This document shows positions 38,465 to 52,080 of a stretch of 64,000 nucleotides of DNA, in pieces (position 1 is the first letter of the stretch; the number at the start of each line of letters is the position of its first letter). The position numbers and the translations under genes are program-made. Under the pieces are notes generated by a model, which saw nothing but the letters and a program-made list of their open reading frames with translations, ran no database searches and was not told the origin of the DNA. Source of the stretch: Eledone cirrhosa (Eukaryota); the NCBI GenBank assembly GCA_964016885.1, contig OZ024744.1, positions 121,148,001 through 121,212,000 on the forward strand, in the 5' to 3' direction.

Positions 38465-41400
38465 GATAGTGTGAGATGGTTGGGTCATGTGTTGAGGAAG
38501 TATGAAAGTGACTGGGTGAGAGGAATAGAAGTAGTGATAGATGTTGTGAAGAGAGATAGTGTGAGACGGTTGGGTCATGTGTTGAGGAAGTATGAAAGTG
38601 ACTGGGTGAGAGGAATAGAGGTAGAGATGGATGTTGTGAAGAGAGATAGTGTGAGATGGTTGGGTCATGTGTTGAGGAAGTATGAAAGTGACTGGGTGAG
38701 CGAATAGAGGTAGTGATGGATGTTGTGAAGAGAGATAGTGTGAGATGGTTGGGTCATGTGTTGATGAGGGATAAAATTGATTGGGTGAGAGGAATAGAGG
38801 TAGTGATGGATGTTGTGAAGAGAGATAGTGTGAGATGTTTGGGTCATGTGTTGAGGAAGGATTAAAGTGACTGGGTGAGAGGAATAGAGGTAGTGATGGA
38901 TGTTGTGAAGAGAGATAGTGTGAGATGGTTGGGTCATGTGTTGAGGAAGGATAAAAGTGACTGGGTGAGAGGAATAGTGGTAGAGATGGATGTTGTAAAG
39001 GGAGATAGTGTGAGATGGTTGGGTCATGTGTTGAGGAAGTATAAAAGTGACTGGGTGAGAGGAATAGAGGTAGTGATGGATGTTGTGAAGAGAGATAGTG
39101 TGAGATGGTTGGGTCCTGTGTTGAGGAAGGATGAAAGTGACTGGGTGAGAGGAACAGAGGTAGTGATGGATGTTGTGAAGAGAGATAGTGTGAGATGGTT
39201 GGGTCATGTGTTGAGGAAGGATAAAAGTGACTGGGTGAGAGGAATAGAGGTTGTGATGGATGTTGTGAAGAGAGATAGTTTGAGATGGTTGGGTCATGTG
39301 TTAAGGAAGTATGAATGTGACTGGGTGAGAGGAATAGAGGTAGTTATGGATGTTGTGAAGAGAGATAGTGTGAGATGGTTGGGTCATGTTCTGAGGAAGG
39401 ATAAAAGTGACTCGGTGAGAGGAATAGAGGTAGTGATGGATGTTGTGAAGAGAGATAGTGTGAGATGGTTGGGTCATGTGTTGAGGAGGGATAAAATTGA
39501 TTGTGTGAGAGGAATAGAGGTAGTGATGGATGTTGTGAAGAGAGATAGTGTGAGATGGTTGGGTCATGTGTTGAGGAAGGATAAAAGTGAGTGGGTGAGA
39601 GGAATAGAGGTAGTGATGGATGTTGTGAAGAGAGATAGTGTGAGATGGTTGGGTCTTGTGTTGAGGAGGGATAAAATTGATTGGGTGACAGGAATAGAGG
39701 TAGTGATGGATGTTGTGAAGAGAGATAGTGTGAGATGGTTGGGTCATGTGTTGAGGAAGGATAAAAGTGAGTGGGTGAGAGGAATAGAGGTAGTGATGGA
39801 TGTTGTGAAGAGAGATAGTGTGAGATGGTTGGGTCATGTGTTGAGGACGGTTGAATGTGAATGGGTGAGAGGAACAGAGGTAGTGATGGATGTTGCGAAG
39901 AGAGATAGTGTGAGATGGTTGGGTCATGTGTTGAGGAAGGTTAAAGTGACTGGGTGAGAGGAATAGAGGTAGTGATGGATGTTGCGAAGAGAGATAGTGT
40001 GAGATGGTTGGGTCATGTGTTGAGGAAGTATGAAAGTGACTGGGTGAGAGGAATAGAGGTAGTGATAGATGTTGTGAAGACAGATAGTGTGAGATGGTTG
40101 GGTCATGTGTTGAGGAAGGATAAAACTGTCTGGGTGAGAGGAATAGTGGTAGTGATGGATGTTGTGAAGAGAGATAGTGTGAGATGGTTGGGTCATGTGT
40201 TGAGGAAGTATGAAAGTGACTGGGTGAGCGAATAGAGGTAGTGATGGATGTTGTGAAGAGAGATAGTGTGAGATGGTTGGGTCATGTGTTGAGGAGGGAT
40301 AAAATTGATTGGGTGAGAGGAATAGAGGTAGTGATGGATGTTGTGAAGAGAGATAGTGTGAGATGTTTGGGTCATGTGTTGAGGAAGGATTAAAGTGACT
40401 GGGTGAGAGGAATAGAGGTAGTGATGGATGTTGTGAAGAGAGATAGTGTGAGATGGTTGGGTCATGTGTTGAGAAAGTTTGAAAGTGACTGGGTGAGCGA
40501 ATAGAGGTAGTGATGGATGTTGTGAAGAGAGATAGTGTGAGATGGTTGGGTCATGTGTTGAGGAGGGATAAAATTGATTGTGTGAGAGGAATAGAGGTAG
40601 TGATGGATGTTGTGAAGAGAGATAGTGTGAGATGGTTGGGTCATGTGTTGAGGAAGGATTAAAGTGACTGGGTGAGAGGAATAGAGGTAGTGATGGATGT
40701 TGTGAAGAGAGATAGTGTGAGATGGTTGGGTCATGTGTTGAGGAAGGTTAAAAGTGACTGGGTGAGTGGAATAGATGTAGTGATGGATGTTGTGAAGAGA
40801 GATAGTGTGGGACGTTTGGGTCATGTGTTGAGGAAGTATGAAAGTGACTGGGTGAGAGGAATCAGAGGTAGTGATGGATGTTGTGAAGAGAGATAGTGTG
40901 AGATGGTTGGGTCATGTGTTGAGGAAGGATTAAAGTGACTGGGTGAGAGGAATAGAGGTAGTGATGGATGTTGTGAAGAGAGATAGTGTGAGATGGTTGG
41001 GTCATGTGTTGAGGAGGGATAAAATTGATTGTGTGAGAGGAATAGAGGTAGTGATGGATGTTGTGAAGAGAGATAGTGTGAGATGGTTGGGTCATGTGTT
41101 GAGGAAGGATAAAAGTGAGTGGGTGAGAGGAATAGAGGTAGTGATGGATGTTGTGAAGAGAGATAGTGTGAGATGGTTGGGTCTTGTGTTGAGGAGGGAT
41201 AAAATTGATTGGGTGACAGGAATAGAGGTAGTGATGGATGTTGTGAAGAGAGATAGTGTGAGATGGTTGGGTCATGTGTTGAGGAAGGATAAAAGTGAGT
41301 GGGTGAGAGGAATAGAGGTAGTGATGGATGTTGTGAAGAGAGATAGTGTGAGATGGTTGGGTCATGTGTTGAGGACGGTTGAATGTGAATGGGTGAGAGG

Positions 41401-44400
41401 AACAGAGGTAGTGATGGATGTTGCGAAGAGAGATAGTGTGAGATGGTTGGGTCATGTGTTGAGGAAGGTTAAAGTGACTGGGTGAGAGGAATAGAGGTAG
41501 TGATGGATGTTGCGAAGAGAGATAGTGTGAGATGGTTGGGTCATGTGTTGAGGAAGTATGAAAGTGACTGGGTGAGAGGAATAGAGGTAGTGATAGATGT
41601 TGTGAAGACAGATAGTGTGAGATGGTTGGGTCATGTGTTGAGGAAGGATAAAACTGTCTGGGTGAGAGGAATAGTGGTAGTGATGGATGTTGTGAAGAGA
41701 GATAGTGTGAGATGGTTGGGTCATGTGTTGAGGAAGTATGAAAGTGACTGGGTGAGCGAATAGAGGTAGTGATGGATGTTGTGAAGAGAGATAGTGTGAG
41801 ATGGTTGGGTCATGTGTTGAGGAGGGATAAAATTGATTGGGTGAGAGGAATAGAGGTAGTGATGGATGTTGTGAAGAGAGATAGTGTGAGATGTTTGGGT
41901 CATGTGTTGAGGAAGGATTAAAGTGACTGGGTGAGAGGAATAGAGGTAGTGATGGATGTTGTGAAGAGAGATAGTGTGAGATGGTTGGGTCATGTGTTGA
42001 GAAAGTTTGAAAGTGACTGGGTGAGCGAATAGAGGTAGTGATGGATGTTGTGAAGAGAGATAGTGTGAGATGGTTGGGTCATGTGTTGAGGAGGGATAAA
42101 ATTGATTGTGTGAGAGGAATAGAGGTAGTGATGGATGTTGTGAAGAGAGATAGTGTGAGATGGTTGGGTCATGTGTTGAGGAAGGATTAAAGTGACTGGG
42201 TGAGAGGAATAGAGGTAGTGATGGATGTTGTGAAGAGAGATAGTGTGAGATGGTTGGGTCATGTGTTGAGGAAGGTTAAAAGTGACTGGGTGAGTGGAAT
42301 AGATGTAGTGATGGATGTTGTGAAGAGAGATAGTGTGGGACGTTTGGGTCATGTGTTGAGGAAGTATGAAAGTGACTGGGTGAGAGGAATCAGAGGTAGT
42401 GATGGATGTTGTGAAGAGAGATAGTGTGAGATGGTTGGGTCATGTGTTGAGGAAGGATTAAAGTGACTGGGTGAGAGGAATAGAGGTAGTGATGGATGTT
42501 GTGAAGAGAGATAGTGTGAGATGGTTGGGTCATGTGTTGAGGAAGGTTAAAAGTGACTGGGTGAGTGGAATAGATGTAATGATGGATGTTGTGAAGAGAG
42601 ATAGTGTGGGACATTTGGGTCATGTGTTGAGGAAGTATGAAAGTGACTGGGTGAGAGGAATCAGAGGTAGTGATGGATGTTGTGAAGAGAGATAGTGTGA
42701 GATGGTTGGGTCATGTGTTGAGGAAGGATAAAAGTGACTGTGTGAGAAGAATAGAGGTTTTGATGGATGTTGTGAAGAGAGATAGTGTGTGATGGTTGGG
42801 TCATGTGTTGAGGAAGGATAAAAGTGACTGGGTGAGAGGAATAGAGGTAGTGATGGATATTGCGAAGAGAGATAGTGTGAGATGGTTGGGTCATGTGTTG
42901 AGGAAGGATAAAAGTGACTGGGTGAGAGGAATAGAGGTTTTGATGTATGTTGTGAAGAGAGATAGTGTGAGATGGTTAGCTCATTTGTTGAGCAAGGATA
43001 AAAGTAACTGGGTGAGAGGAATAGAGGTTGTGATGGATGTTGTGAAGAGAGATAGTGTGAGATGGTTGGGTCATGTGTTGAGGAAGTATGAAAGTAACTG
43101 GGGTGAGAGGAATAGAGGTAGGGATGGATGTTGTGAAGAGAGATAGTGTGAGATGGTTGGGTCATATGTTGAGGAGGGATAAAAGTGACTGGGTGGGAGG
43201 AATAGTGGTAGTGATGGATGTTGTAAAGGGAGATAGTGTGAGATGATTGGGTCATGTGTTGAGGAAGTATGAAAGTGACTGGGTGAGAGGAATAGAGGTA
43301 GAGATGGATGTTGTGAAGAGAGATAGAGTGAGATGGTTGGGTCATGTGTTGAGGAAGTATGAAAATGACTGGGTGAGGGAATAGAGGTAGTGATGGATGT
43401 TGTGAAGAGAGATAGTGTGAGATGGTTGGGTCATGTGTTGAGGAGGGATAAAATTGATTGGGTGAGAGGAATAGAGGTAGTGATAGATGTTGTGAAAAGA
43501 GATAGTGTGAGATGGTTGGGTCATGTGTTGAGGAAGTATGAAAGTGACTGGGTGAGAGGAATAGAAGTAGTGATAGATGTTGTGAAGAGAGATAGTGTGA
43601 GACGGTTGGGTCATGTGTTGAGGAAGTATGAAAGTGACTGGGTGAGAGGAATAGAGGTAGAGATGGATGTTGTGAAGAGAGATAGTGTGAGATGGTTGGG
43701 TCATGTGTTGAGGAAGTATGAAAGTGACTGGGTGAGCGAATAGAGGTAGTGATGGATGTTGTGAAGAGAGATAGTGTGAGATGGTTGGGTCATGTGTTGA
43801 TGAGGGATAAAATTGATTGGGTGAGAGGAATAGAGGTAGTGATGGATGTTGTGAAGAGAGATAGTGTGAGATGTTTGGGTCATGTGTTGAGGAAGGATTA
43901 AAGTGACTGGGTGAGAGGAATAGAGGTAGTGATGGATGTTGTGAAGAGAGATAGTGTGAGATGGTTGGGTCATGTGTTGAGGAAGGATAAAAGTGACTGG
44001 GTGAGAGGAATAGTGGTAGAGATGGATGTTGTAAAGGGAGATAGTGTGAGATGGTTGGGTCATGTGTTGAGGAAGTATAAAAGTGACTGGGTGAGAGGAA
44101 TAGAGGTAGTGATGGATGTTGTGAAGAGAGATAGTGTGAGATGGTTGGGTCCTGTGTTGAGGAAGGATGAAAGTGACTGGGTGAGAGGAACAGAGGTAGT
44201 GATGGATGTTGTGAAGAGAGATAGTGTGAGATGGTTGGGTCATGTGTTGAGGAAGGATAAAAGTGACTGGGTGAGAGGAATAGAGGTTGTGATGGATGTT
44301 GTGAAGAGAGATAGTTTGAGATGGTTGGGTCATGTGTTAAGGAAGTATGAATGTGACTGGGTGAGAGGAATAGAGGTAGTTATGGATGTTGTGAAGAGAG

Positions 44401-47043
44401 ATAGTGTGAGATGGTTGGGTCATGTTCTGAGGAAGGATAAAAGTGACTCGGTGAGAGGAATAGAGGTAGTGATGGATGTTGTGAAGAGAGATAGTGTGAG
44501 ATGGTTGGGTCATGTGTTGAGGAGGGATAAAATTGATTGTGTGAGAGGAATAGAGGTAGTGATGGATGTTGTGAAGAGAGATAGTGTGAGATGGTTGGGT
44601 CATGTGTTGAGGAAGGATAAAAGTGAGTGGGTGAGAGGAATAGAGGTAGTGATGGATGTTGTGAAGAGAGATAGTGTGAGATGGTTGGGTCTTGTGTTGA
44701 GGAGGGATAAAATTGATTGGGTGACAGGAATAGAGGTAGTGATGGATGTTGTGAAGAGAGATAGTGTGAGATGGTTGGGTCATGTGTTGAGGAAGGATAA
44801 AAGTGAGTGGGTGAGAGGAATAGAGGTAGTGATGGATGTTGTGAAGAGAGATAGTGTGAGATGGTTGGGTCATGTGTTGAGGACGGTTGAATGTGAATGG
44901 GTGAGAGGAACAGAGGTAGTGATGGATGTTGCGAAGAGAGATAGTGTGAGATGGTTGGGTCATGTGTTGAGGAAGGTTAAAGTGACTGGGTGAGAGGAAT
45001 AGAGGTAGTGATGGATGTTGCGAAGAGAGATAGTGTGAGATGGTTGGGTCATGTGTTGAGGAAGTATGAAAGTGACTGGGTGAGAGGAATAGAGGTAGTG
45101 ATAGATGTTGTGAAGACAGATAGTGTGAGATGGTTGGGTCATGTGTTGAGGAAGGATAAAACTGTCTGGGTGAGAGGAATAGTGGTAGTGATGGATGTTG
45201 TGAAGAGAGATAGTGTGAGATGGTTGGGTCATGTGTTGAGGAAGTATGAAAGTGACTGGGTGAGCGAATAGAGGTAGTGATGGATGTTGTGAAGAGAGAT
45301 AGTGTGAGATGGTTGGGTCATGTGTTGAGGAGGGATAAAATTGATTGGGTGAGAGGAATAGAGGTAGTGATGGATGTTGTGAAGAGAGATAGTGTGAGAT
45401 GTTTGGGTCATGTGTTGAGGAAGGATTAAAGTGACTGGGTGAGAGGAATAGAGGTAGTGATGGATGTTGTGAAGAGAGATAGTGTGAGATGGTTGGGTCA
45501 TGTGTTGAGAAAGTTTGAAAGTGACTGGGTGAGCGAATAGAGGTAGTGATGGATGTTGTGAAGAGAGATAGTGTGAGATGGTTGGGTCATGTGTTGAGGA
45601 GGGATAAAATTGATTGTGTGAGAGGAATAGAGGTAGTGATGGATGTTGTGAAGAGAGATAGTGTGAGATGGTTGGGTCATGTGTTGAGGAAGGATTAAAG
45701 TGACTGGGTGAGAGGAATAGAGGTAGTGATGGATGTTGTGAAGAGAGATAGTGTGAGATGGTTGGGTCATGTGTTGAGGAAGGTTAAAAGTGACTGGGTG
45801 AGTGGAATAGATGTAGTGATGGATGTTGTGAAGAGAGATAGTGTGGGACGTTTGGGTCATGTGTTGAGGAAGTATGAAAGTGACTGGGTGAGAGGAATCA
45901 GAGGTAGTGATGGATGTTGTGAAGAGAGATAGTGTGAGATGGTTGGGTCATGTGTTGAGGAAGGATTAAAGTGACTGGGTGAGAGGAATAGAGGTAGTGA
46001 TGGATGTTGTGAAGAGAGATAGTGTGAGATGGTTGGGTCATGTGTTGAGGAAGGTTAAAAGTGACTGGGTGAGTGGAATAGATGTAATGATGGATGTTGT
46101 GAAGAGAGATAGTGTGGGACATTTGGGTCATGTGTTGAGGAAGTATGAAAGTGACTGGGTGAGAGGAATCAGAGGTAGTGATGGATGTTGTGAAGAGAGA
46201 TAGTGTGAGATGGTTGGGTCATGTGTTGAGGAAGGATAAAAGTGACTGTGTGAGAAGAATAGAGGTTTTGATGGATGTTGTGAAGAGAGATAGTGTGTGA
46301 TGGTTGGGTCATGTGTTGAGGAAGGATAAAAGTGACTGGGTGAGAGGAATAGAGGTAGTGATGGATATTGCGAAGAGAGATAGTGTGAGATGGTTGGGTC
46401 ATGTGTTGAGGAAGGATAAAAGTGACTGGGTGAGAGGAATAGAGGTTTTGATGTATGTTGTGAAGAGAGATAGTGTGAGATGGTTAGCTCATTTGTTGAG
46501 CAAGGATAAAAGTAACTGGGTGAGAGGAATAGAGGTTGTGATGGATGTTGTGAAGAGAGATAGTGTGAGATGGTTGGGTCATGTGTTGAGGAAGTATGAA
46601 AGTAACTGGGGTGAGAGGAATAGAGGTAGGGATGGATGTTGTGAAGAGAGATAGTGTGAGATGGTTGGGTCATATGTTGAGGAGGGATAAAAGTGACTGG
46701 GTGGGAGGAATAGTGGTAGTGATGGATGTTGTAAAGGGAGATAGTGTGAGATGATTGGGTCATGTGTTGAGGAAGTATGAAAGTGACTGGGTGAGAGGAA
46801 TAGAGGTAGAGATGGATGTTGTGAAGAGAGATAGAGTGAGATGGTTGGGTCATGTGTTGAGGAAGTATGAAAATGACTGGGTGAGGGAATAGAGGTAGTG
46901 ATGGATGTTGTGAAGAGAGATAGTGTGAGATGGTTGGGTCATGTGTTGAGGAGGGATAAAATTGATTGGGTGAGAGGAATAGAGGTAGTGATAGATGTTG
47001 TGAAAAGAGATAGTGTGAGATGGTTGGGTCATGTGTTGAGGAA
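38465..47043 (+). repeat. Tandem duplication of a 3508-bp (39-mer) unit whose first copy contains an internal 1528-bp duplication (apparent offset 5036)
   Basis: Pairs 38665/43701, 38875/43911 and 39924/44960 are offset by 5036. Pairs 41452/44960, 42471/45979 and 42796/46304 are offset by 3508. 5036-3508=1528. Variants seen only here include ttgagcaagg, gtagggatgg, gtaatgatgg and ggtcttgtg. Confidence 0.9.
39415..42543 (+). repeat. Tandem duplication of a 1528-bp (17-mer) unit, type 1
   Basis: ORF pairs 39924/41452, 39954/41482, 40193/41721, 40462/41990 and 40672/42200. Confidence 0.92.
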
Positions 47044-47789
47044 GGATAAAAGTGAGTGGGTGAGAGGAATAGAGGTAGTGATGGATGTTGTGAAGAGAGA
47101 TAGTGTGAGATGGTTGGGTCATGTGTTGAGGAGGAATAAAATTGATTGGGTGAGAGGAATAGAGATAGTGATGGATGTTGTGAAGAGAGATAGTGTGAGA
47201 TGGTTGGGTCATGTGTTGAGGAAGGATAAAAGTGAGTGGGTGAGAGGAATAGAGGTAGTGATGGATGTTGTGAAGAGAGATAGTGTGAGATGGTTGGGTC
47301 ATGTGTTGAGGAAGGTTGAATGTGAATGGGTGAGAGGAACAGTGGTAGTGATGGATGTTGCGAAGAGAGATAGTGTGAGATGGTTGGGTTATGTGTTGAG
47401 GAAGGATAAAAGTGACTGGGTGAGAGGAATAGAGGTTTTGATGGATGTTGTGAAGAGAGATAGTGTGAGATGGTTGGGTCATATGTTGAGGAAGGATAAA
47501 AGTGACTGGGTGAGAGGAATAGAGGTAGTGATGGATGTTGCGAAGAGAGATAGTGTGAGATGGTTGGGTCATGTGTTGAGGAAGTATGAAAGTGACTGGG
47601 TGAGAGGAATAGAGGTAGTGATAGATGTTGTGAAAAGAGATAGTGTGAGATGGTTGGGTCATGTGTTGAGGAAGGATAAAAGTGAGTGGGTGAGAGGAAT
47701 AGAGGTAGTGATGGATGTTGTGAAGAGAGATAGTGTGAGATGGTTGGGTCATGTGTTGAGGAAGGATAAAAGTGAGTGGGTGAGAGCAA

Positions 47790-50700
47790 TAGAGGTAGTG
47801 ATGGATGTTGTGAAGAGAGATAGTGTGAGATGGTTGGGTCATGTGTTGAGGAAGGTTGAATGTGAATGGGTGAGAGGAACAGAGGTAGTGATGGATGTTG
47901 CGAAGAGAGATAGTGTGAGATGGTTGGGTCATGTGTTGAGGAAGGATAAAAGTGACTGGGTGAGAGGAATAGAGGTTTTGATGGATGTTGTGAAGAGAGA
48001 TAGTGTGAGATGGTTGGGTCATATGTTGAGGAAGGATAAAAGTGACTGGGTGAGAGGAATAGAGGTAGTGATGGATGTTGCGAAGAGAGATAGTGTGAGA
48101 TGGTTGGGTCATGTGTTGAGGAAGTATGAAAGTGACTGGGTGAGAGGAATAGAGGTAGTGATAGATGTTGTGAAGACAGATAGTGTGAGATGGTTGGGTC
48201 ATGTGTTGAGGAAGGATGAAAGTGACAGGGTGAGAGGAATAGAGGTAGAGATGGATGTTGTGAAGAGAGATAGTGTGAGAGGTTGGGTCATGTGTTGAGG
48301 AAGTATGAAAGTGACTGGGTGAGAGGAATAGAGGTAGAGATGGATGTTGTGAAGAGAGATAGTGTGAGATGGTTGTGTCATGTGTTGAGGAAGGATAAAA
48401 CTGACTGGGTGAGAGGAATAGTGGTAGTGATGGATGTTGTAAAGGGAGATAGTGTGAGATGGTTGGGTCATGTGTTGAGGAAGTATGAAAGTGACTGGGT
48501 GAGAGGAATAGAAGTAGTGATAGATGTTGTGAAGAGAGATAGTGTGAGACGGTTGGGTCCTGTGTTGAGGAAGTATGAAAGTGACTGGGTGAGAGGAATA
48601 GAGGTAGAGATGGATGTTGTGAAGAGAGATAGTGTGAGATGGTTGGGTCATGTGTTGAGGAAGTATGAAAGTGACTGGGTGAGCGAATAGAGGTAGTGAT
48701 GGATGTTGTGAAGAGAGATAGTGTGAGATGGTTGGGTCATGTGTTGATGAGGGATGAAATTGATTGGGTGAGAGGAATAGAGGTAGTGATGGATGTTGTG
48801 AAGAGAGATAGTGTGAGATGTTTGGGTCATGTGTTGAGGAAGGATTAAAGTGACTGGGTGAGAGGAATAGAGGTAGTGATGGATGTTGTGAAGAGAGATA
48901 GTGTGAGATGGTTGGGTCATGTGTTGAGGAAGGATAAAAGTGACTGGGTGAGAGGAATAGTGGTAGAGATGGATGTTGTAAAGGGAGATAGTGTGAGATG
49001 GTTGGGTCATGTGTTGAGGAAGTATGAAAGTGACTGGGTGAGAGGAATAGAGGTAGTGATAGATGTTGTGAAAAGAGATAGTGTGAGATGGTTGGGTCAT
49101 GTGTTGAGGAAGGATAAAAGTGAGTGGGTGAGAGGAATAGAGGTAGTGATGGATGTTGTGAAGAGAGATAGTGTGAGATGGTTGGGTCATGTGTTGAGGA
49201 GGAATAGAATTGATTGGGTGAGAGGAATAGAGGTAGTGATGGATGTTGTGAAGAGAGATAGTGTGAGATGGTTGGGTCATGTGTTGAGGAAGGATAAAAG
49301 TGAGTGGGTGAGAGGAATAGAGGTAGTGATGGATGTTGTGAAGAGAGATAGTGTGAGATGGTTGGGTCATGTGTTGAGGAAGGTTGAATGTGAATGGGTG
49401 AGAGGAACAGAGGTAGTGATGGATGTTGCGAAGAGAGATAGTGTGAGATGGTTGGGTCATGTGTTGAGGAAGGATAAAAGTGACTGGGTGAGAGGAATAG
49501 AGGTTTTGATGGATGTTGTGAAGAGAGATAGTGTGAGATGGTTGGGTCATATGTTGAGGAAGGATAAAAGTGACTGGGTGAGAGGAATAGAGGTAGTGAT
49601 GGATGTTGCGAAGAGAGATAGTGTGAGATGGTTGGGTCATGTGTTGAGGAAGTATGAAAGTGACTGGGTGAGAGGAATAGAGGTAGTGATAGATGTTGTG
49701 AAGACAGATAGTGTGAGATGGTTGGGTCATGTGTTGAGGAAGGATGAAAATGACAGGGTGAGAGGAATAGAGGTAGAGATGGATGTTGTGAAGAGAGATA
49801 GTGTGAGAGGTTGGGTCATGTGTTGAGGAAGTATGAAAGTGACTGGGTGAGAGGAATAGAGGTAGAGATGGATGTTGTGAAGAGAGATAGTGTGAGATGG
49901 TTGTGTCATGTGTTGAGGAAGGATAAAACTGACTGGGTGAGAGGAATAGTGGTAGTGATGGATGTTGTAAAGGGAGATAGTGTGAGATGGTTGGGTCATG
50001 TGTTGAGGAAGTATGAAAGTGACTGGGTGAGAGGAATAGAAGTAGTGATAGATGTTGTGAAGAGAGATAGTGTGAGACGGTTGGGTCCTGTGTTGAGGAA
50101 GTATGAAAGTGACTGGGTGAGAGGAATAGAGGTAGAGATGGATGTTGTGAAGAGAGATAGTGTGAGATGGTTGGGTCATGTGTTGAGGAAGTATGAAAGT
50201 GACTGGGTGAGCGAATAGAGGTAGTGATGGATGTTGTGAAGAGAGATAGTGTGAGATGGTTGGGTCATGTGTTGATGAGGGATGAAATTGATTGGGTGAG
50301 AGGAATAGAGGTAGTGATGGATGTTGTGAAGAGAGATAGTGTGAGATGTTTGGGTCATGTGTTGAGGAAGGATTAAAGTGACTGGGTGAGAGGAATAGAG
50401 GTAGTGATGGATGTTGTGAAGAGAGATAGTGTGAGATGGTTGGGTCATGTGTTGAGAAAGGATAAAAGTGACTGGGTGAGAGGAATAGTGGTAGAGATGG
50501 ATGTTGTAAAGGGAGATAGTGTGAGATGGTTGGGTCATGTGTTGAGGAAGTATGAAAGTGACTGGGTGAGAGGAATAGAGGTAGTGATAGATGTTGTGAA
50601 AAGAGATAGTGTGAGATGGTTGGGTCATGTGTTGAGGAAGGATAAAAGTGAGTGGGTGAGAGGAATAGAGGTAGTGATGGATGTTGTGAAGAGAGATAGT

Positions 50701-52080
50701 GTGAGATGGTTGGGTCATGTGTTGAGGAGGAATAGAATTGATTGGGTGAGAGGAATAGAGGTAGTGATGGATGTTGTGAAGAGAGATAGTGTGAGATGGT
50801 TGGGTCATGTGTTGAGGAAGGATAAAAGTGAGTGGGTGAGAGGAATAGAGGTAGTGATGGATGTTGTGAAGAGAGATAGTGTGAGATGGTTGGGTCATGT
50901 GTTGAGGAAGGTTGAATGTGAATGGGTGAGAGGAACAGAGGTAGTGATGGATGTTGCGAAGAGAGATAGTGTGAGATGGTTGGGTCATGTGTTGAGGAAG
51001 GATAAAAGTGACTGGGTGAGAGGAATAGAGGTTTTGATGGATGTTGTGAAGAGAGATAGTGTGAGATGGTTGGGTCATATGTTGAGGAAGGATAAAAGTG
51101 ACTGGGTGAGAGGAATAGAGGTAGTGATGGATGTTGCGAAGAGAGATAGTGTGAGATGGTTGGGTCATGTGTTGAGGAAGTATGAAAGTGACTGGGTGAG
51201 AGGAATAGAGGAAGTGATAGATGTTGTGAAGACAGATAGTGTGAGATGGTTGGGTCATGTGTTGAGGAAGGATGAAAGTGACAGGGTGAGAGGAATAGAG
51301 GTAGAGATGGATGTTGTGAAGAGAGATAGTGTGAGAGGTTGGGTCATGTGTTGAGGAAGTATGAAAGTGACTGGGTGAGAGGAATAGAGGTAGAGATGGA
51401 TGTTGTGAAGAGAGATAGTGTGAGATGGTTGTGTCATGTGTTGAGGAAGGATAATCTGACTGGGTGAGAGGAATAGTGGTAGTGATGGATGTTGTAAAGG
51501 GAGATAGTGTGAGATGGTTGGGTCATGTGTTGAGGAAGTATGAAAGTGACTGGGTGAGAGGAATAGAAGTAGTGATAGATGTTGTGAAGAGAGATAGTGT
51601 GAGACGGTTGGGTCATGTGTTGAGGAAGTATGAAAGTGACTGGGTGAGAGGAATAGAGGTAGAGATGGATGTTGTGAAGAGAGATAGTGTGAGATGGTTG
51701 GGTCATGTGTTGAGGAAGTATGAAAGTGACTGGGTGAGCGAATAGAGGTAGTGATGGATGTTGTGAAGAGAGATAGTGTGAGATGGTTGGGTCATGTGTT
51801 GATGAGGGATAAAATTGATTGGGTGAGAGGAATAGAGGTAGTGATGGATGTTGTGAAGAGAGATAGTGTGAGATGTTTGGGTCATGTGTTGAGGAAGGAT
51901 TAAAGTGACTGGGTGAGAGGAATAGAGGTAGTGATGGATGTTGTGAAGAGAGATAGTGTGAGATGGTTGGGTCATGTGTTGAGGAAGGATAAAAGTGACT
52001 GGGTGAGAGGAATAGTGGTAGAGATGGATGTTGTAAAGGGAGATAGTGTGAGATGGTTGGGTCATGTGTTGAGGAAGTAT
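47790..52080 (+). repeat. ~2.8 tandem copies of a 1528-bp (17-mer) unit, type 2
   Basis: ORF series 48199/49727/51255, 48283/49811, 48648/50176/51703 and 48858/50386/51913. The last step is 1527 because of an extra 1-bp deletion near 51452. Confidence 0.92.
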
